A stretch of 64,000 bases of DNA from Bacteroidaceae bacterium (GTDB lineage: Bacteria; Bacteroidota; Bacteroidia; Bacteroidales; Bacteroidaceae): NCBI GenBank assembly GCA_017534535.1, contig JAFXVZ010000048.1, forward strand, positions 49,286-113,285, in the 5' to 3' direction. The notes below the pieces were generated by a model that saw only the letters and a list, made by a program, of their open reading frames with translations, was not told where the DNA came from and searched no databases. The translations under genes were made by a program, and so were the position numbers. This document shows positions 28,414 through 39,362 of the stretch, piece after piece. How positions within the stretch are numbered: position 1 is the first letter of the stretch; each line of letters starts with the position of its first letter.

Positions 28414-28629
28414 ATGAAAAAGAATGATATAGGAACCAACGCAGGCTTAGTTTGGCGTACCTTATATTACAAGGGTACCAAGATGACATTCAATGAACTG
28501 ATGCAGGAAACAGGTCTCACTGCCATCGACATCTCCTCTGCAATCGGTTGGCTGGCTCGCGAGGACAAAGTGATATTCATTCGTGAGCAAGACGAAGAAT
28601 ACCTCGATATTTATCGGGATAATTACTAA
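28414..28629 (+). CDS. Small winged-helix protein (DUF2582-like)
   Basis: IGTNAGLVW...AIGWLAREDK. Confidence 0.8.
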   Translation: MKKNDIGTNAGLVWRTLYYKGTKMTFNELMQETGLTAIDISSAIGWLAREDKVIFIREQDEEYLDIYRDNY

Positions 28630-28677
28630 TAGATTCCCTTTTTATTAGGGGGGATGTTGAGGGTAGGAGAGTAATTA

Positions 28678-30279
28678 TCATGGTTCTTCTTCTCCTGGTG
28701 CCTCAATTGCTGGCACATCATCTATATCAATTAGTTGGGGCAGAGGGTTCTTACCGCTTTGCTTTGCCCCCAGTTTTATTAACTGATTGCAAGTTTGAAT
28801 AATGCTTTTGCCATCAGGTTTCAGGTTGTTCAACCCTTCATTGTAACTAGCTTGAGCTGTGTCAAGTGCCTTACCTATAGCTTGATAGCGTTTCATGAAT
28901 AGTCCCACTCTGTCCAGCATTACGTTCGCCAGCTTATACACCTGTTCGTGATTCTGGATTTGTGTAATCTGCGTCCATGTTAGGTTAATGATGCGTAAGG
29001 CAGCATACAGTGTTTGCTCGTCAGCAATATACACATTCTTCGCCATTGCCTTGCGCCACAAGTCGGGTTGTTCGTTCAATGCCGTCAATAAGGCTCCTGT
29101 ATTGGGTACAAACATTATCACATAATCCATCTTCACCTTGGGCTTCTGGATGTACTTCGAATAGTCCTTGCTCGCCAACTCTTTCACATGCTTGTTGATA
29201 CTTTCCACATGAGCCTTCAGATGTTTCTCACGCTCTGCCTCAGTTTCTGCATTTACATAATCCATATAGGCAGTCAGTGATACTTTAGAGTCGATAATCA
29301 CTTCACGACGCTGGTCTAAGTGCAGTATCACATCCGGACGCATCATACTTCCCTCCTCAGACCTGCTGATTTCTCCTTGCGCGTCCCTGATGTAAGGCTG
29401 CAACTCGTAATGTACACCTTCCGTCAGTCCTTGTGCTTCAAGCAGTTCGTTTAGTACCGTTTCACCCCAGTCGCCTTGCACCTTCGAACCATGTTTGAAC
29501 ACCCTTGTCAGTTCGTCTGTACTCTTTCTAGCCGCCTCGCTTTGGAGCATCATGTTCTTGATGTTCTCACTAAGACTACTACTCAATGCCGTCTGATTCA
29601 ACGTATTTTCGCTCATCACCTGCTTCATCTGCTCGATGGTTTCCTTCAGCGGATTCACAATCTGACCGAGATTGGTGTTGCTCGATTCCGCAAACTCCAG
29701 CTGCCTTTGTTTCAACATCTCGTCAGTAGCCAGTTTCAGTTGAGCAGTCATTTTGTCAATGGTCTCGTCAAACTTCTCTTGCTGAGTCCCAATAGCCCGT
29801 TTATGATGGTCTTCCTGTACATCCATCCGTTCTTTCCAAGCCTTATCCAACTTCGTCATTTCTTCATCGTGAAGCTGTTTCTGTTTATCTATGTGATCCT
29901 GTGATGATCTTTCTAAGGTAGATAAAGCTTCCTTATAATGCTGTTTTTGAGTTTCCAGGCGGTCTTGGAAAGACTTCTCAATGGCGGACAATGTCTCCAG
30001 ACTGCGTTTTTCCGCCTCCGATTTGATAATGCAAATCTGCTTTTCCATCTCCTCCTTTGCTGCCCGCATACGTTCTTCCCACTCAGCCTTTGCTGTATTC
30101 ATCGCCTGTTCATTCTCCGCCTTCATAGCCACCAATTGCTTCGTCTCATTCTCCAGCTGTACACGAATCACTGCCAGCTTCGTCCTCAACTGGTTTTTCT
30201 GCTGATATACTTGCAGCAATGTGAAAATTAAGCATACAATTATACATCCTAGTACTATATCAATTATTGTAATATCCAT
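28678..30279 (-). CDS. rmuC: DNA recombination protein RmuC
   Basis: N-terminal TM helix and coiled coil; KVQGDWGE, RPDV, IIDSKVSL and VIMFVP motifs. Confidence 0.9.
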   Translation of the reverse strand: MDITIIDIVLGCIIVCLIFTLLQVYQQKNQLRTKLAVIRVQLENETKQLVAMKAENEQAMNTAKAEWEERMRAAKEEMEKQICIIKSEAEKRSLETLSAIEKSFQDRLETQKQHYKEALSTLERSSQDHIDKQKQLHDEEMTKLDKAWKERMDVQEDHHKRAIGTQQEKFDETIDKMTAQLKLATDEMLKQRQLEFAESSNTNLGQIVNPLKETIEQMKQVMSENTLNQTALSSSLSENIKNMMLQSEAARKSTDELTRVFKHGSKVQGDWGETVLNELLEAQGLTEGVHYELQPYIRDAQGEISRSEEGSMMRPDVILHLDQRREVIIDSKVSLTAYMDYVNAETEAEREKHLKAHVESINKHVKELASKDYSKYIQKPKVKMDYVIMFVPNTGALLTALNEQPDLWRKAMAKNVYIADEQTLYAALRIINLTWTQITQIQNHEQVYKLANVMLDRVGLFMKRYQAIGKALDTAQASYNEGLNNLKPDGKSIIQTCNQLIKLGAKQSGKNPLPQLIDIDDVPAIEAPGEEEP

Positions 30280-30423
30280 ATTCTTTCTTTTTTCTCATCG
30301 CAAATATAGTAAAAAGTTTCGATATCCAACAAGATAATTCAGCTTTTATTCCCCTTTTACAATAATATTTTTGGTACTATATCTCTAATATCTTATATGG
30401 TGTAATTAAGGTTATATTATGAG

Positions 30424-30456
30424 AAAGGGGATGTGCTGTGCTGCACACCCCCTTTT
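30424..30456 (-). terminator. Intrinsic terminator
   Basis: aaagggg.tgtgc / gcaca.ccccttt stem downstream of 30479..30856. Confidence 0.6.
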
Positions 30457-30478
30457 AATGATAGAAGAAAAAAACAAC

Positions 30479-30856
30479 TTATTTGCGCTTTCCCTCCACA
30501 GGGAACTGCCCCATCATGGCACCTTTAGCTGCATCGTCACCATCAAGGGTAAGGTACATATCGATGTTCATGCCAGCCATAGCCACAAAGAAGCTGAAAG
30601 AAATCTCGTCAGCCTTTTCGGTGTCGATGTCCTCACATTCAATCTTCTCGTCACCCATAGCCTCTGCTGTGAGGTAAGCGGTAATCTTACCCTCCTTCTC
30701 TTCTACTACAAAATCCATCTCACTTTCACCCATAGGAGTGCTAGCAGTTAGTGTCCAAGTGCCGATGAAAGGATTCTTCTTGTCCTGTGCCTGTGCGTTG
30801 TTGCTGAAGCTCAGCATCGCCAAAAGGCAAACAAACATAAAAGCAAACTTCTTCAT
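30479..30856 (-). CDS. Exported hypothetical beta-rich protein
   Basis: Signal peptide ending AQA; GTW motif. Confidence 0.7.
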   Translation of the reverse strand: MKKFAFMFVCLLAMLSFSNNAQAQDKKNPFIGTWTLTASTPMGESEMDFVVEEKEGKITAYLTAEAMGDEKIECEDIDTEKADEISFSFFVAMAGMNIDMYLTLDGDDAAKGAMMGQFPVEGKRK

Positions 30857-30930
30857 AATTGTTTTTCGTTTTTTTGTTATTTAATACGATTTTGTTTTCT
30901 GCTTGCGAAGATATAGAATAAAAATGAAAC

Positions 30931-30961
30931 AATGGCAAAAAAGAACAACTTTTTTGCCATT
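30931..30961 (-). terminator. Probable terminator downstream of the DUF1080 gene
   Basis: aatggcaaaaaag / cttttttgccatt inverted repeat. Confidence 0.55.
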
Positions 30962-31007
30962 GTGTACTATTAAGGATATCAAAAGGGTATTTTAGACCAA
31001 TTTGATA

Positions 31008-31850
31008 TTACAACTTGCGGATCCAAATGTTACGGAAACTGATGCTTGGGCTAGGGTCGCCATGGTTCTGCAGCAAAATAGGGCCATCGCCGTGAGCCTT
31101 CACCTGTGGGAAGCCAATGTACTCAGTGGTACCCAGGATCTCAGTGTGGTTCTGCAGCAGCACGCCATTTTGGATAACGGTTACATAAGGGCGTACCTTG
31201 TAAGTGCCGTTCTCATTGAATACAGGAGCCTCGTAGATGATGTCGAATACGTTCCACTCACCTGGTTTGCGCATTGCGTTTGCCAAAGGAGGAGTTTGTT
31301 TGTAGATAGAGCCGGTCATACCATTTACATAAGTATCGTTGTTGTAGCAGTCGAGCACTTGTACCTCATACATATTCTGCAGATATACACCACTGTTACC
31401 GCGAATCTGGCTGGTGAACTCAGGACCCATCTCAGGAACACACCATTCAATATGCAGCTGGAAGCTACCGAAGTTCTCTTTGGTCTGGATGTTACCACCA
31501 CCGTTGCGAACGTCCTTGTTGACAGTCATAGCACCGTCCTTCACAATCCACTTAGCTGGAGCAGCTTCGTTAGTGCGCATGTTTACGGTTACCCAGTTGT
31601 CGGTCATTGACTTCTCTGTACCGTCGAACAATACGATAGCATCTGACGGAGCACCAGCAGTTGCCTGATTGCCTGGAGTTACTACAGGAGGTTTGGGTGC
31701 CCAATACTCAGACATCGTTGGGGTCATGCCTACTCCAATCTTGTCATTACGTACATCCTGTTGGGGTTGCTGTTGTCTCTGCTGTGGTTGCTGAGCGAAA
31801 ACTGCACCACAAGCCAATGCGAAAATGCTTAAAATGAATAGTTTCTTCAT
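31008..31850 (-). CDS. DUF1080 (3-keto-disaccharide hydrolase-like) protein
   Basis: PSDAIVLFDG, GNSG, YEVQVLD, GEWN and LQNHG...FRNIWIR motifs; signal peptide. Confidence 0.88.
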   Translation of the reverse strand: MKKLFILSIFALACGAVFAQQPQQRQQQPQQDVRNDKIGVGMTPTMSEYWAPKPPVVTPGNQATAGAPSDAIVLFDGTEKSMTDNWVTVNMRTNEAAPAKWIVKDGAMTVNKDVRNGGGNIQTKENFGSFQLHIEWCVPEMGPEFTSQIRGNSGVYLQNMYEVQVLDCYNNDTYVNGMTGSIYKQTPPLANAMRKPGEWNVFDIIYEAPVFNENGTYKVRPYVTVIQNGVLLQNHTEILGTTEYIGFPQVKAHGDGPILLQNHGDPSPSISFRNIWIRKL

Positions 31851-31995
31851 GGTTGTTATTAATTTTAAATTAAACATATTTTTCTTCGTGGAATAAATTC
31901 CACTACAAATGTATGAAAAAAACTAATAGCGTATTCTCTTTTTGCGGAAAAAATGCGTAATTTTGGCACCATGAACATTAAAAAACTATGTATGT

Positions 31996-33507
31996 ATGAA
32001 AAATAAGGTGTTATTGAGTGTGATGCTGACCATGATGGCAATGGTTTTTGCTTTCGGTCAGGGGCAGACGGTGGAGCCCACGCCACAGCAGAAGGCGATG
32101 TATGCCACCTCAACGAAGGATTTGCAGGACTGGATGACTTATCTGACATCGGCAGAATGCCGTGGACGACTCACGGGGGACATTGGTTTCCAACGTGCGG
32201 CGCAGTATGCCGCAGACTTGTTCAAGGAGTGGGGACTGGAACCCGGTGGCGATAACGGCACATATTTCCAGACGTTCGACCATCCGTATGTGATGCCGCA
32301 GGAAGGTGGTTACTTCACATTATATCTGCCACAGGGCGATGGATGGATTACCAAGCAGTATGATTATCCTGACCATTATATGGTGGGTGGTACCTCGGAT
32401 ACGGGCTTCCTACAACAGCTTGACTTGGTGTATGTGGGCTATGGTATTACGGCACCTGAGCTGGGCTATGACTCTTACAAGGGCGTGGATGTGAAGGGTA
32501 AGATTGTGGTATGCGAACGCGATGTGCCTTATCAGGGTCAGGACCCGAAGCTGCAGAAGGCATGGATGCCTTATCAGTATCATAATATCAAGATGACGAA
32601 TGCCACTAATCATGGAGCAGCTGGTATGCTGTATATCTCAACGGCTGGCAACCCTAATCCTGGCTATAATAAGAATTTTGTGTATTGTAATGTGAGCGAC
32701 AGTGTGGCCAGAGATATCTTTGCCGGCACAGGCAAGAATTATGCGAAGGTAAAGGCAGATATGAACAAGACGATGAAGCCTAACTCTTTTCCTATCAACA
32801 AGAAGGCAGATATAAAGGCCATTACCGAGTGGCATCCGGAAGGCAAGGGTTGCAACGTGGTGGGTATTTTAAGAGGAACTGACCCTACACTTGCACCTGA
32901 GTATGTGACGATTGGAGCGCATCTTGACCATATCGGATTGCAGCCTTATCTCTGTCCGGGTGCTCAGGATAATGCTTCTGGTAGCATCATCATTATGGGT
33001 ACAGCCAAGGCGGTGGCAACCTCGGGCTATAAGCCAAAGCGTACGCTGATATTCACGCTCTTCGGAGGTGAGGAGACGGGTTTGATTGGCAGTGATTTTA
33101 TGGCTAATCATCCAATCATGCCGATTCAAAATCATAAGTTGCTGATTAACATCGACTGCCTGGCAGCAGGTTTTGGCATGGGTGTGAGGATTGCGAAGAA
33201 GCACGGTTCGTTATTTGATGTGTTTAAGTCAACGATGGAGCATAGCGTGAACCGGCCATTCCGTGAGGCTGTGGGCCGTGATGAGATTGTGACGCGTCCA
33301 CGTACCGATGAGGCTAATTTCTTTATCAAGGGTGTGCCTGTGGCAGCTCCTTTTGCTTTCGGGTCAACGGTGCGTATTCCGTATCATGTGCCTGGCGATA
33401 CGATGGAGTATATAGACTTTGACCTCTCGCACGATGCTGTTCGTTGGATGGCATTGACGATGATGGAGCTTGGCAATATGGATAAGATTGAAGCGACAGC
33501 GAAATAA
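31996..33507 (+). CDS. M28 family aminopeptidase with a PA domain
   Basis: GAHLDH, GAQDNASG, GEETGLIGS and YH..GD motifs; PA-domain VYVGYGI...DVKGKIV. Confidence 0.88.
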   Translation: MKNKVLLSVMLTMMAMVFAFGQGQTVEPTPQQKAMYATSTKDLQDWMTYLTSAECRGRLTGDIGFQRAAQYAADLFKEWGLEPGGDNGTYFQTFDHPYVMPQEGGYFTLYLPQGDGWITKQYDYPDHYMVGGTSDTGFLQQLDLVYVGYGITAPELGYDSYKGVDVKGKIVVCERDVPYQGQDPKLQKAWMPYQYHNIKMTNATNHGAAGMLYISTAGNPNPGYNKNFVYCNVSDSVARDIFAGTGKNYAKVKADMNKTMKPNSFPINKKADIKAITEWHPEGKGCNVVGILRGTDPTLAPEYVTIGAHLDHIGLQPYLCPGAQDNASGSIIIMGTAKAVATSGYKPKRTLIFTLFGGEETGLIGSDFMANHPIMPIQNHKLLINIDCLAAGFGMGVRIAKKHGSLFDVFKSTMEHSVNRPFREAVGRDEIVTRPRTDEANFFIKGVPVAAPFAFGSTVRIPYHVPGDTMEYIDFDLSHDAVRWMALTMMELGNMDKIEATAK

Positions 33508-33547
33508 AATGAATTAACCCCGCCATCATGGCGGGGTTAATTCATTT
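33507..33547. terminator. Bidirectional terminator (perfect 20-bp inverted repeat)
   Basis: aaatgaattaaccccgccat-c-atggcggggttaattcattt between convergent genes. Confidence 0.85.
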
Positions 33548-33989
33548 ATACTGTTCCTGGAATAGGAATCTTATCAATCCTGCGTTGGTGTCTGCCACCC
33601 TCGAACTCCTTGTCGAAGTATTCAGCCAGAATCTTGTCGGCATCATAAAGAGATACGAAGCGACCAGGGATGGACAATACGTTGGCGTTATTGTGCTGGC
33701 GTACCAAACGAGCTACCTCGCGATTCCAGCATAGACCTGCACGAACCTTAGGATACTTGTTAAGGGTCATACTGATGCCGTTTCCTGTGCCGCATACGGC
33801 AACACCTTCATCAACCTCACCATTCTGGATGGCTTGACCCAGCTTGTGGGCAAAGTCGGGATAGTCACAACTCTCACTGGTGTAGGTACCGTAATCCACG
33901 AAATCCATACCCCTACTTTTCAGCCATTCTTTCACGTGTTCCTTCATGTCGTATCCGGCATGATCAGAACAAAGTCCTATTTTTTTCAT
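33546..33989 (-). CDS. rpiB: Ribose-5-phosphate isomerase B
   Basis: SDHAG, DYPD, CGTGNG, HNNAN and FEGGRH motifs. Confidence 0.95.
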   Translation of the reverse strand: MKKIGLCSDHAGYDMKEHVKEWLKSRGMDFVDYGTYTSESCDYPDFAHKLGQAIQNGEVDEGVAVCGTGNGISMTLNKYPKVRAGLCWNREVARLVRQHNNANVLSIPGRFVSLYDADKILAEYFDKEFEGGRHQRRIDKIPIPGTV

Positions 33990-34039
33990 AATTATAGTTT
34001 GTTATTAATAGTACTCCCCCCTTGAGAGGGGGGGATATC

Positions 34040-36052
34040 TTATAGCATCATTTCCTTCACTTGTCTGTAAACTTTATCAGGCGTGAATCCTAATTTTTCA
34101 TCCAGTACCTTGTAAGGAGCAGAGAAGCCAAAACTCTCCATACCCCATATCTTGGCATTATTACCCACCAAACCTGCAATTGTTACGGGCAGGCCTGCGG
34201 TGAGGCCAAACTTCTTGATATGACTTGGGATGATACGCTCTTGATATGCTACAGGTTGGTCATGGAAACGACCTTCTGACGGAGCTGACACCACACGTAC
34301 TTTGATACCGTCGATGCGGAGCAGCTTGGCTGCTGCTAACAGTGTAGATACCTCTGAGCCAGAAGCTACCAGCACTACGTCAGGATTGTTGTCAGAGCCT
34401 GCTACGATGTAAGCACCCTTCACGGCTTCCTCATAGTCGTTGCTTGCAGGCAAACTCTCAACATTCTGACGAGAGAAGATCAAGCCCGTAGGACTGTCAG
34501 TGTTCTCCATAGCCATACGCCAAGCCACAGTTGTCTCGTCGGCATCGGCTGGGCGGAGCACTAACATAGAATTCTTACCGCTGTGGTTCTTTAGGCGTTC
34601 CATCAAGCGCAGCTGAGCTTCTTGCTCTACTGGCTGGTGGGTAGGACCATCCTCGCCCACACGGAAAGCGTCGTGTGACCAGATGAACTTAATAGGTATC
34701 TGCATCAAAGCTGCCATACGGATGGCAGGCTTCATATAGTCGGAGAATACAAAGAATGTAGCGCAAGCAGGAATGACACCACCGTGCATCCACATACCCA
34801 TCATCACACATGCCATCGTGAGCTCTGATACACCTGCCTGGAAGAAGGCACCCGTGAAGTCACCCTTCTTGAACGCGTGGGTCTTCTTCAGGAAACCATC
34901 AGTCTTGTCTGAGTTGCTCAGGTCGGCAGATGATACCACCATATTTCCTACCTGCTCAGCCAATTGGCCTAAAACCACAGATGATGCATTGCGGGTAGCC
35001 ACATCCTTCTTCTGCTGAATCTTCATCCAGTCCACCTTAGGAGCCTTGCCTGAGAAATAGAAGTCGAGTTTTTTGGCCAGCTCTGGGTTCTCCTTTGCCC
35101 AAACAGAATGCTGGGCACGCTTATCAGCCACAATCTGACGCAGCTCAGCGTTGCGTTTAGCATACAAATCAACCACTTCTGGAGAAACTTTGAATGGGTC
35201 AGTTGGGTCACCTCCTAAATTCTTGATGGTATTGATGTAGGCATCGCCACCTAAAGGAGCACCATGGGTTGCACAACATGCTTCGTAACTAGTGTTGTCA
35301 GCACGGCGGGCACCCTTGCCCATCACGCAATGTCCGATGATGAGGGTAGGGCGTTCTTCTTCTGCCTGAGCTTCTTTCAGAGCCTGACGGATAGCATCTA
35401 CATCGTTGCCGTTGATGGTTAGTACCTTCCAACCCCATGCCTCGTATTTTTTTGCGGTGTCTTCGGTGGTCACATCTTCAGTCTCAGTGGAGAGTTGTAC
35501 GTCGTTGGCATCGTAGAACATGATGAGGTTATTTAAGCCCAAGGTACCAGCAACACGGCCTGCTCCCTGTGAGATTTCCTCTTGTATGCCCCCATCGGAT
35601 ATATAGGCATAAATGGTGTGGTTCATTACCTCACCAAAGCGAGCCTGCAGGAATTTGGCGGCGATAGCTGCTCCTACGGCATAGGTGTGTCCCTGTCCCA
35701 ACGGACCAGAAGTATTCTCGATGCCACGCTGGAGGTTACGCTCAGGATGTCCGTGCGTAGGACTGCCCCATTGACGGAACTGTTTAATCTCGTCCATTGT
35801 GAAACGTCCCTTCAGCATCAGCTCAGCATAGAGCATGGGTGACATGTGACCTGGGTCTAGATAGAAACGGTCACGACCCATCCATGCGCCATCGTCTGGA
35901 TCGTCAATCAGAAACTCAGAGTAAAGCACATTGATAAAATCTGCACCACCCATAGCACCACCAGGATGACCAGATTTTGCTTTCTCTACCATTGATGCAG
36001 CCAGGATACGGATGTTATCTGCTGCCAAATTCATTACATTCTTGTCATTCAT
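34040..36052 (-). CDS. tkt: Transketolase
   Basis: SGHPG, GPLGQG and GEDGPTHQPVEQ motifs; own -7 element TATATTTG at 36075-36082. Confidence 0.96.
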   Translation of the reverse strand: MNDKNVMNLAADNIRILAASMVEKAKSGHPGGAMGGADFINVLYSEFLIDDPDDGAWMGRDRFYLDPGHMSPMLYAELMLKGRFTMDEIKQFRQWGSPTHGHPERNLQRGIENTSGPLGQGHTYAVGAAIAAKFLQARFGEVMNHTIYAYISDGGIQEEISQGAGRVAGTLGLNNLIMFYDANDVQLSTETEDVTTEDTAKKYEAWGWKVLTINGNDVDAIRQALKEAQAEEERPTLIIGHCVMGKGARRADNTSYEACCATHGAPLGGDAYINTIKNLGGDPTDPFKVSPEVVDLYAKRNAELRQIVADKRAQHSVWAKENPELAKKLDFYFSGKAPKVDWMKIQQKKDVATRNASSVVLGQLAEQVGNMVVSSADLSNSDKTDGFLKKTHAFKKGDFTGAFFQAGVSELTMACVMMGMWMHGGVIPACATFFVFSDYMKPAIRMAALMQIPIKFIWSHDAFRVGEDGPTHQPVEQEAQLRLMERLKNHSGKNSMLVLRPADADETTVAWRMAMENTDSPTGLIFSRQNVESLPASNDYEEAVKGAYIVAGSDNNPDVVLVASGSEVSTLLAAAKLLRIDGIKVRVVSAPSEGRFHDQPVAYQERIIPSHIKKFGLTAGLPVTIAGLVGNNAKIWGMESFGFSAPYKVLDEKLGFTPDKVYRQVKEMML

Positions 36053-36128
36053 ATCTGATTTCCTCTTTTTTTTGCAAATATAACTCTTTCTATCCGAATA
36101 AAAGAATTATTTCGACTCTTTTTTCTGC

Positions 36129-37676
36129 CTATTGTAACTCCAAAGTCACGATAGACTTAGCAGGAAGCTTCACTTTCAGGGTGTTACCAATGATAGTAGC
36201 ACCACTAAAAACAGCAGGCTTCACCAGCTCGGGCTTGTCGAACGTGTTGTGATCAGCAATGTTGGCTGAAGTGAGTATTTCGCCACTAACCTGCTTGGCG
36301 TTGATGCCCTGTAGAGTGATGCTGACCTCCTGTGCGTTCTGCAAGTCAACATTCGTCAGCGAAATATGCACCTTACCTTGCTGGTTGCGAGAGGCGGTGC
36401 CGCTGAGCATCGGGAGTGTCCAATCACTATCAGGCACTTCCTTCCTGATTGTTTGGATATCCAAAGGCAGATAGGTCGCATCCTGATGTACGTTGTACAT
36501 ACGGAACACATGATAGGTGGGGGTGAGCGTCATCTGCTTGCCGTTGGTCAAAATCATAGACTGCAACACGTTAACTACCTGAGCGATATTCGCCATCTTC
36601 AAGCGTTCTGTATATTTATGGAAGATGTCGAAGGTAAGTGATGCCACAAAAGCATCGCGCAGGGAATTCTGCTGGAACAGATGTCCCGGGTTGGTACCCG
36701 GTTCCACATCCCACCAAGTACCCCACTCGTCGAGCATCAGCGCTACACGCTTGTTCGGGTCGTAGAAGTCCATGATGGCAATGTGACGTTTGATGACATC
36801 CTCTATGCCGCAGCACTTGCCCAGGGTCTTGTAGTACTCTTCTTCATTGAATTGAGTAGCAGACCCTTTGCTGTTCCAATTCAAAACGGTATAATAGTGG
36901 AGCGAGAGACCATCCATGCGGCTGCCAACATTCTCCATCAGCACCTTGGTCCAGTTATAGTCATAGTCGCTGGCTCCGCTGGCAACCTTGAACAGGCGGT
37001 TGCCATCGTAGTTGCGGCAGTAGGTGGCGTAACGGCGATAGACATCGGAGTAATACTCAGGACGCATGCTCCCTCCGCAACCCCAACTCTCGTTGCCTAC
37101 ACCCCAATATTTCACTCTCCAGGCATGATCTCGACCATTCTGACGGCGCAGACGAGCCATTGGGGAGTCGCCCTCAGAAGTGATGTATTCTACCCATTTC
37201 GCCATTTCCTCAACGGAGCCGCTACCCACATTGCCACTAATGTAGGGTTCTGTACCCAGCAATTCGCAGAGGTTCAAGAATTCGTTAGTGCCAAAGCTGT
37301 TGTCCTCTATGGTACCACCCCAGTTGTTGTTCACCATTTTGGGACGATTCTCTTTTGGACCGATACCGTCCATCCAATGATACTCATCGGCAAAGCAACC
37401 ACCTGGCCAACGCAGCACAGGTACTTTCAAGGCTTTCAAAGCGTTGAGTACATCAGTACGATAGCCACTCGTGTTAGGTATGTCGGAGTTTTCGCCTACC
37501 CATAGACCTCCATAAATACAAGAACCTAAGTGCTCAGCAAATTGCCCGTAAATCTCCTTAGGGATTACTGAACCAGCTTGGTCTGCATGCAGCACTGCAG
37601 TCACTTGGGCAATTGACAATTGACAATTGACAATTGACAATGCTCCCATTAGTACAATAGATAGTATAGTTTTCAT
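36129..37676 (-). CDS. GH51 alpha-L-arabinofuranosidase
   Basis: [32 protein letters not shown] and MANIAQ motifs. Confidence 0.95.
   Translation of the reverse strand: MKTILSIVLMGALSIVNCQLSIAQVTAVLHADQAGSVIPKEIYGQFAEHLGSCIYGGLWVGENSDIPNTSGYRTDVLNALKALKVPVLRWPGGCFADEYHWMDGIGPKENRPKMVNNNWGGTIEDNSFGTNEFLNLCELLGTEPYISGNVGSGSVEEMAKWVEYITSEGDSPMARLRRQNGRDHAWRVKYWGVGNESWGCGGSMRPEYYSDVYRRYATYCRNYDGNRLFKVASGASDYDYNWTKVLMENVGSRMDGLSLHYYTVLNWNSKGSATQFNEEEYYKTLGKCCGIEDVIKRHIAIMDFYDPNKRVALMLDEWGTWWDVEPGTNPGHLFQQNSLRDAFVASLTFDIFHKYTERLKMANIAQVVNVLQSMILTNGKQMTLTPTYHVFRMYNVHQDATYLPLDIQTIRKEVPDSDWTLPMLSGTASRNQQGKVHISLTNVDLQNAQEVSITLQGINAKQVSGEILTSANIADHNTFDKPELVKPAVFSGATIIGNTLKVKLPAKSIVTLELQ
37610..37641. 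repeat. Perfect heptamer tandem repeat (CAATTGA)x4.6 inside the GH51 signal-peptide coding region
   Basis: caattga caattga caattga caattga caat. Confidence 0.9.
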
Positions 37677-37682
37677 TGTTCA

Positions 37683-39359
37683 TTAACTAAGTCCATATTC
37701 GGTAAATCTTCCAAGGGCTACGTATTGTTGGTAGAGCTCTTGATACTGAGTAGCACGTTCGGGATCTGGCTGGTATTCAAAAGCGAAGCCAGAGTTCATC
37801 TCACGCTGTGCATCCTCCACCTTGTTATATATACCAGCAGCGGTAGCGGCAAACATAGCTGCACCTAAGGCACAAGCCTGGTCGGTCTTGCATACCTTGA
37901 TAGGCATATTCAGCACATCGCTGAGAGTCTGCATCACGAAAGGCGACTTGAGGGCAATACCTCCGATTCCAATAACCTGGTCTATCTTAATTCCTTGTGT
38001 CAGGAAGCAATCCACGATGGCTTTCGAGCCGAAGGCGGTAGCTTCCACCAAGGCTCGGAAGATGCGTGGTGCGTCGCTACCCAAAGTCAAGCCTGCAATA
38101 GAACCTTTTAGTAATTGGTTTGCATTTGGCGTGCGACGTCCGTTCATCCAGTCAGTAGCAATGATGGTGCTTTCGCCCACAGGAATCTTCTCAGCTTCTT
38201 TCGTAAGTTCAGGGATGATGTGGTCGGCAGCTTCATCAATCAACTTCTGTTTGGTAGCTTCGTCAATCAGCTCAGAGTTTGCAATGATGTTCTTCAGCGG
38301 GAACTCCAAAACACGCTTGAACCAAGCATAGATGTCGCCAAAACCTGATTGACCAGCTTCAAGACCTACCATACCTGCAATAACGGAGCCATCTACTTGT
38401 CCACAGATACCTTGAATCTGCTTGCCTGCAATCTCCTCATAGCTGGAAACCATGATGTCGCAGGTCGATGTTCCGATAACGCGCACAAAGGTATGTGGGG
38501 TGATGTTAGCACCCACAGCTCCCATATGGCAATCGAAGGCTCCGCCTGCCACCACAACTTTGGTGGTGAGCCCCAGACGTGCAGCCCATTCAGCAGTGAG
38601 GTGACCTACAGGCTTGTCAGCTGTTTCCGTATGACGGAACAAGTGACCTCTGAAACCCGCCAGCAATGGGTCGAGGGCAACTAAGAATTCTTCTGGAGGC
38701 AGTCCCTCCCAACTTTCGTGCCACATCGCTTTGTGTCCACAGGCACAACGACTTCTAACAATATTACTACTCTTGTTCACACCTGTCAAGATGGCTGGCA
38801 ACCATTCGCAATGCTCCACAATGCTATAGGCTTTGGCACGAACTGCTGGGTCTTCACGCAATACATGCAGTGCTTTCGCCCAATACCACTCTGAGGAATA
38901 AATGCCTCCCTCATAGGCCGTATAATCGATGTTCCATTTTTTAGCAAGAGCATTAATCTCAGCGGCTTCCTTAACGGAGGTATGGTCTTTCCAAAGTACG
39001 AACATAGCGTTGGGATTATCGGCAAACTCTGGCAACATCGAGAGGGGTGTGCCGTTTTCGTCGATGAAACACGGAGTGCTGCCTGTGGTATCAAAAGCGA
39101 TGCCCACCACCTTCTTAGCTACATCCACAGAACATTGTCCCAAAGCTTCCTTGATGGTGGCTTCCAACACCTCTAAATAATCTAAAGGATGCTGGCGATA
39201 TTGGTTCTTAGCAGGGTCACAAAAAAAACCTTTCATCCAGCGGGGATAGTACTTCACGCTGGTGGCGAGGGTATCACCCGTATAGGCGTTCACCACTAAA
39301 GCTCGGGCGGAGTCGCTACCATAATCCAGGCCAATCACATATCTGTCATCTTGTGTCAT
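37683..39359 (-). CDS. araB: Ribulokinase
   Basis: GLDYGSDS, LWKDH, GGIYSSEW, GTSTCD and DWMNGRRTP motifs. Confidence 0.95.
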   Translation of the reverse strand: MTQDDRYVIGLDYGSDSARALVVNAYTGDTLATSVKYYPRWMKGFFCDPAKNQYRQHPLDYLEVLEATIKEALGQCSVDVAKKVVGIAFDTTGSTPCFIDENGTPLSMLPEFADNPNAMFVLWKDHTSVKEAAEINALAKKWNIDYTAYEGGIYSSEWYWAKALHVLREDPAVRAKAYSIVEHCEWLPAILTGVNKSSNIVRSRCACGHKAMWHESWEGLPPEEFLVALDPLLAGFRGHLFRHTETADKPVGHLTAEWAARLGLTTKVVVAGGAFDCHMGAVGANITPHTFVRVIGTSTCDIMVSSYEEIAGKQIQGICGQVDGSVIAGMVGLEAGQSGFGDIYAWFKRVLEFPLKNIIANSELIDEATKQKLIDEAADHIIPELTKEAEKIPVGESTIIATDWMNGRRTPNANQLLKGSIAGLTLGSDAPRIFRALVEATAFGSKAIVDCFLTQGIKIDQVIGIGGIALKSPFVMQTLSDVLNMPIKVCKTDQACALGAAMFAATAAGIYNKVEDAQREMNSGFAFEYQPDPERATQYQELYQQYVALGRFTEYGLS

Positions 39360-39362
39360 AAC

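Noticed and set aside
31002-31610. 202-aa plus-strand ORF
   Set aside because: It is antisense to the DUF1080 gene.
33507-33547. Perfect 41-bp palindrome as a mobile-element end
   Set aside because: It is fully explained as a bidirectional terminator between convergent genes.
36681-37505. 274-aa plus-strand ORF
   Set aside because: It is antisense to the well-conserved GH51 gene.
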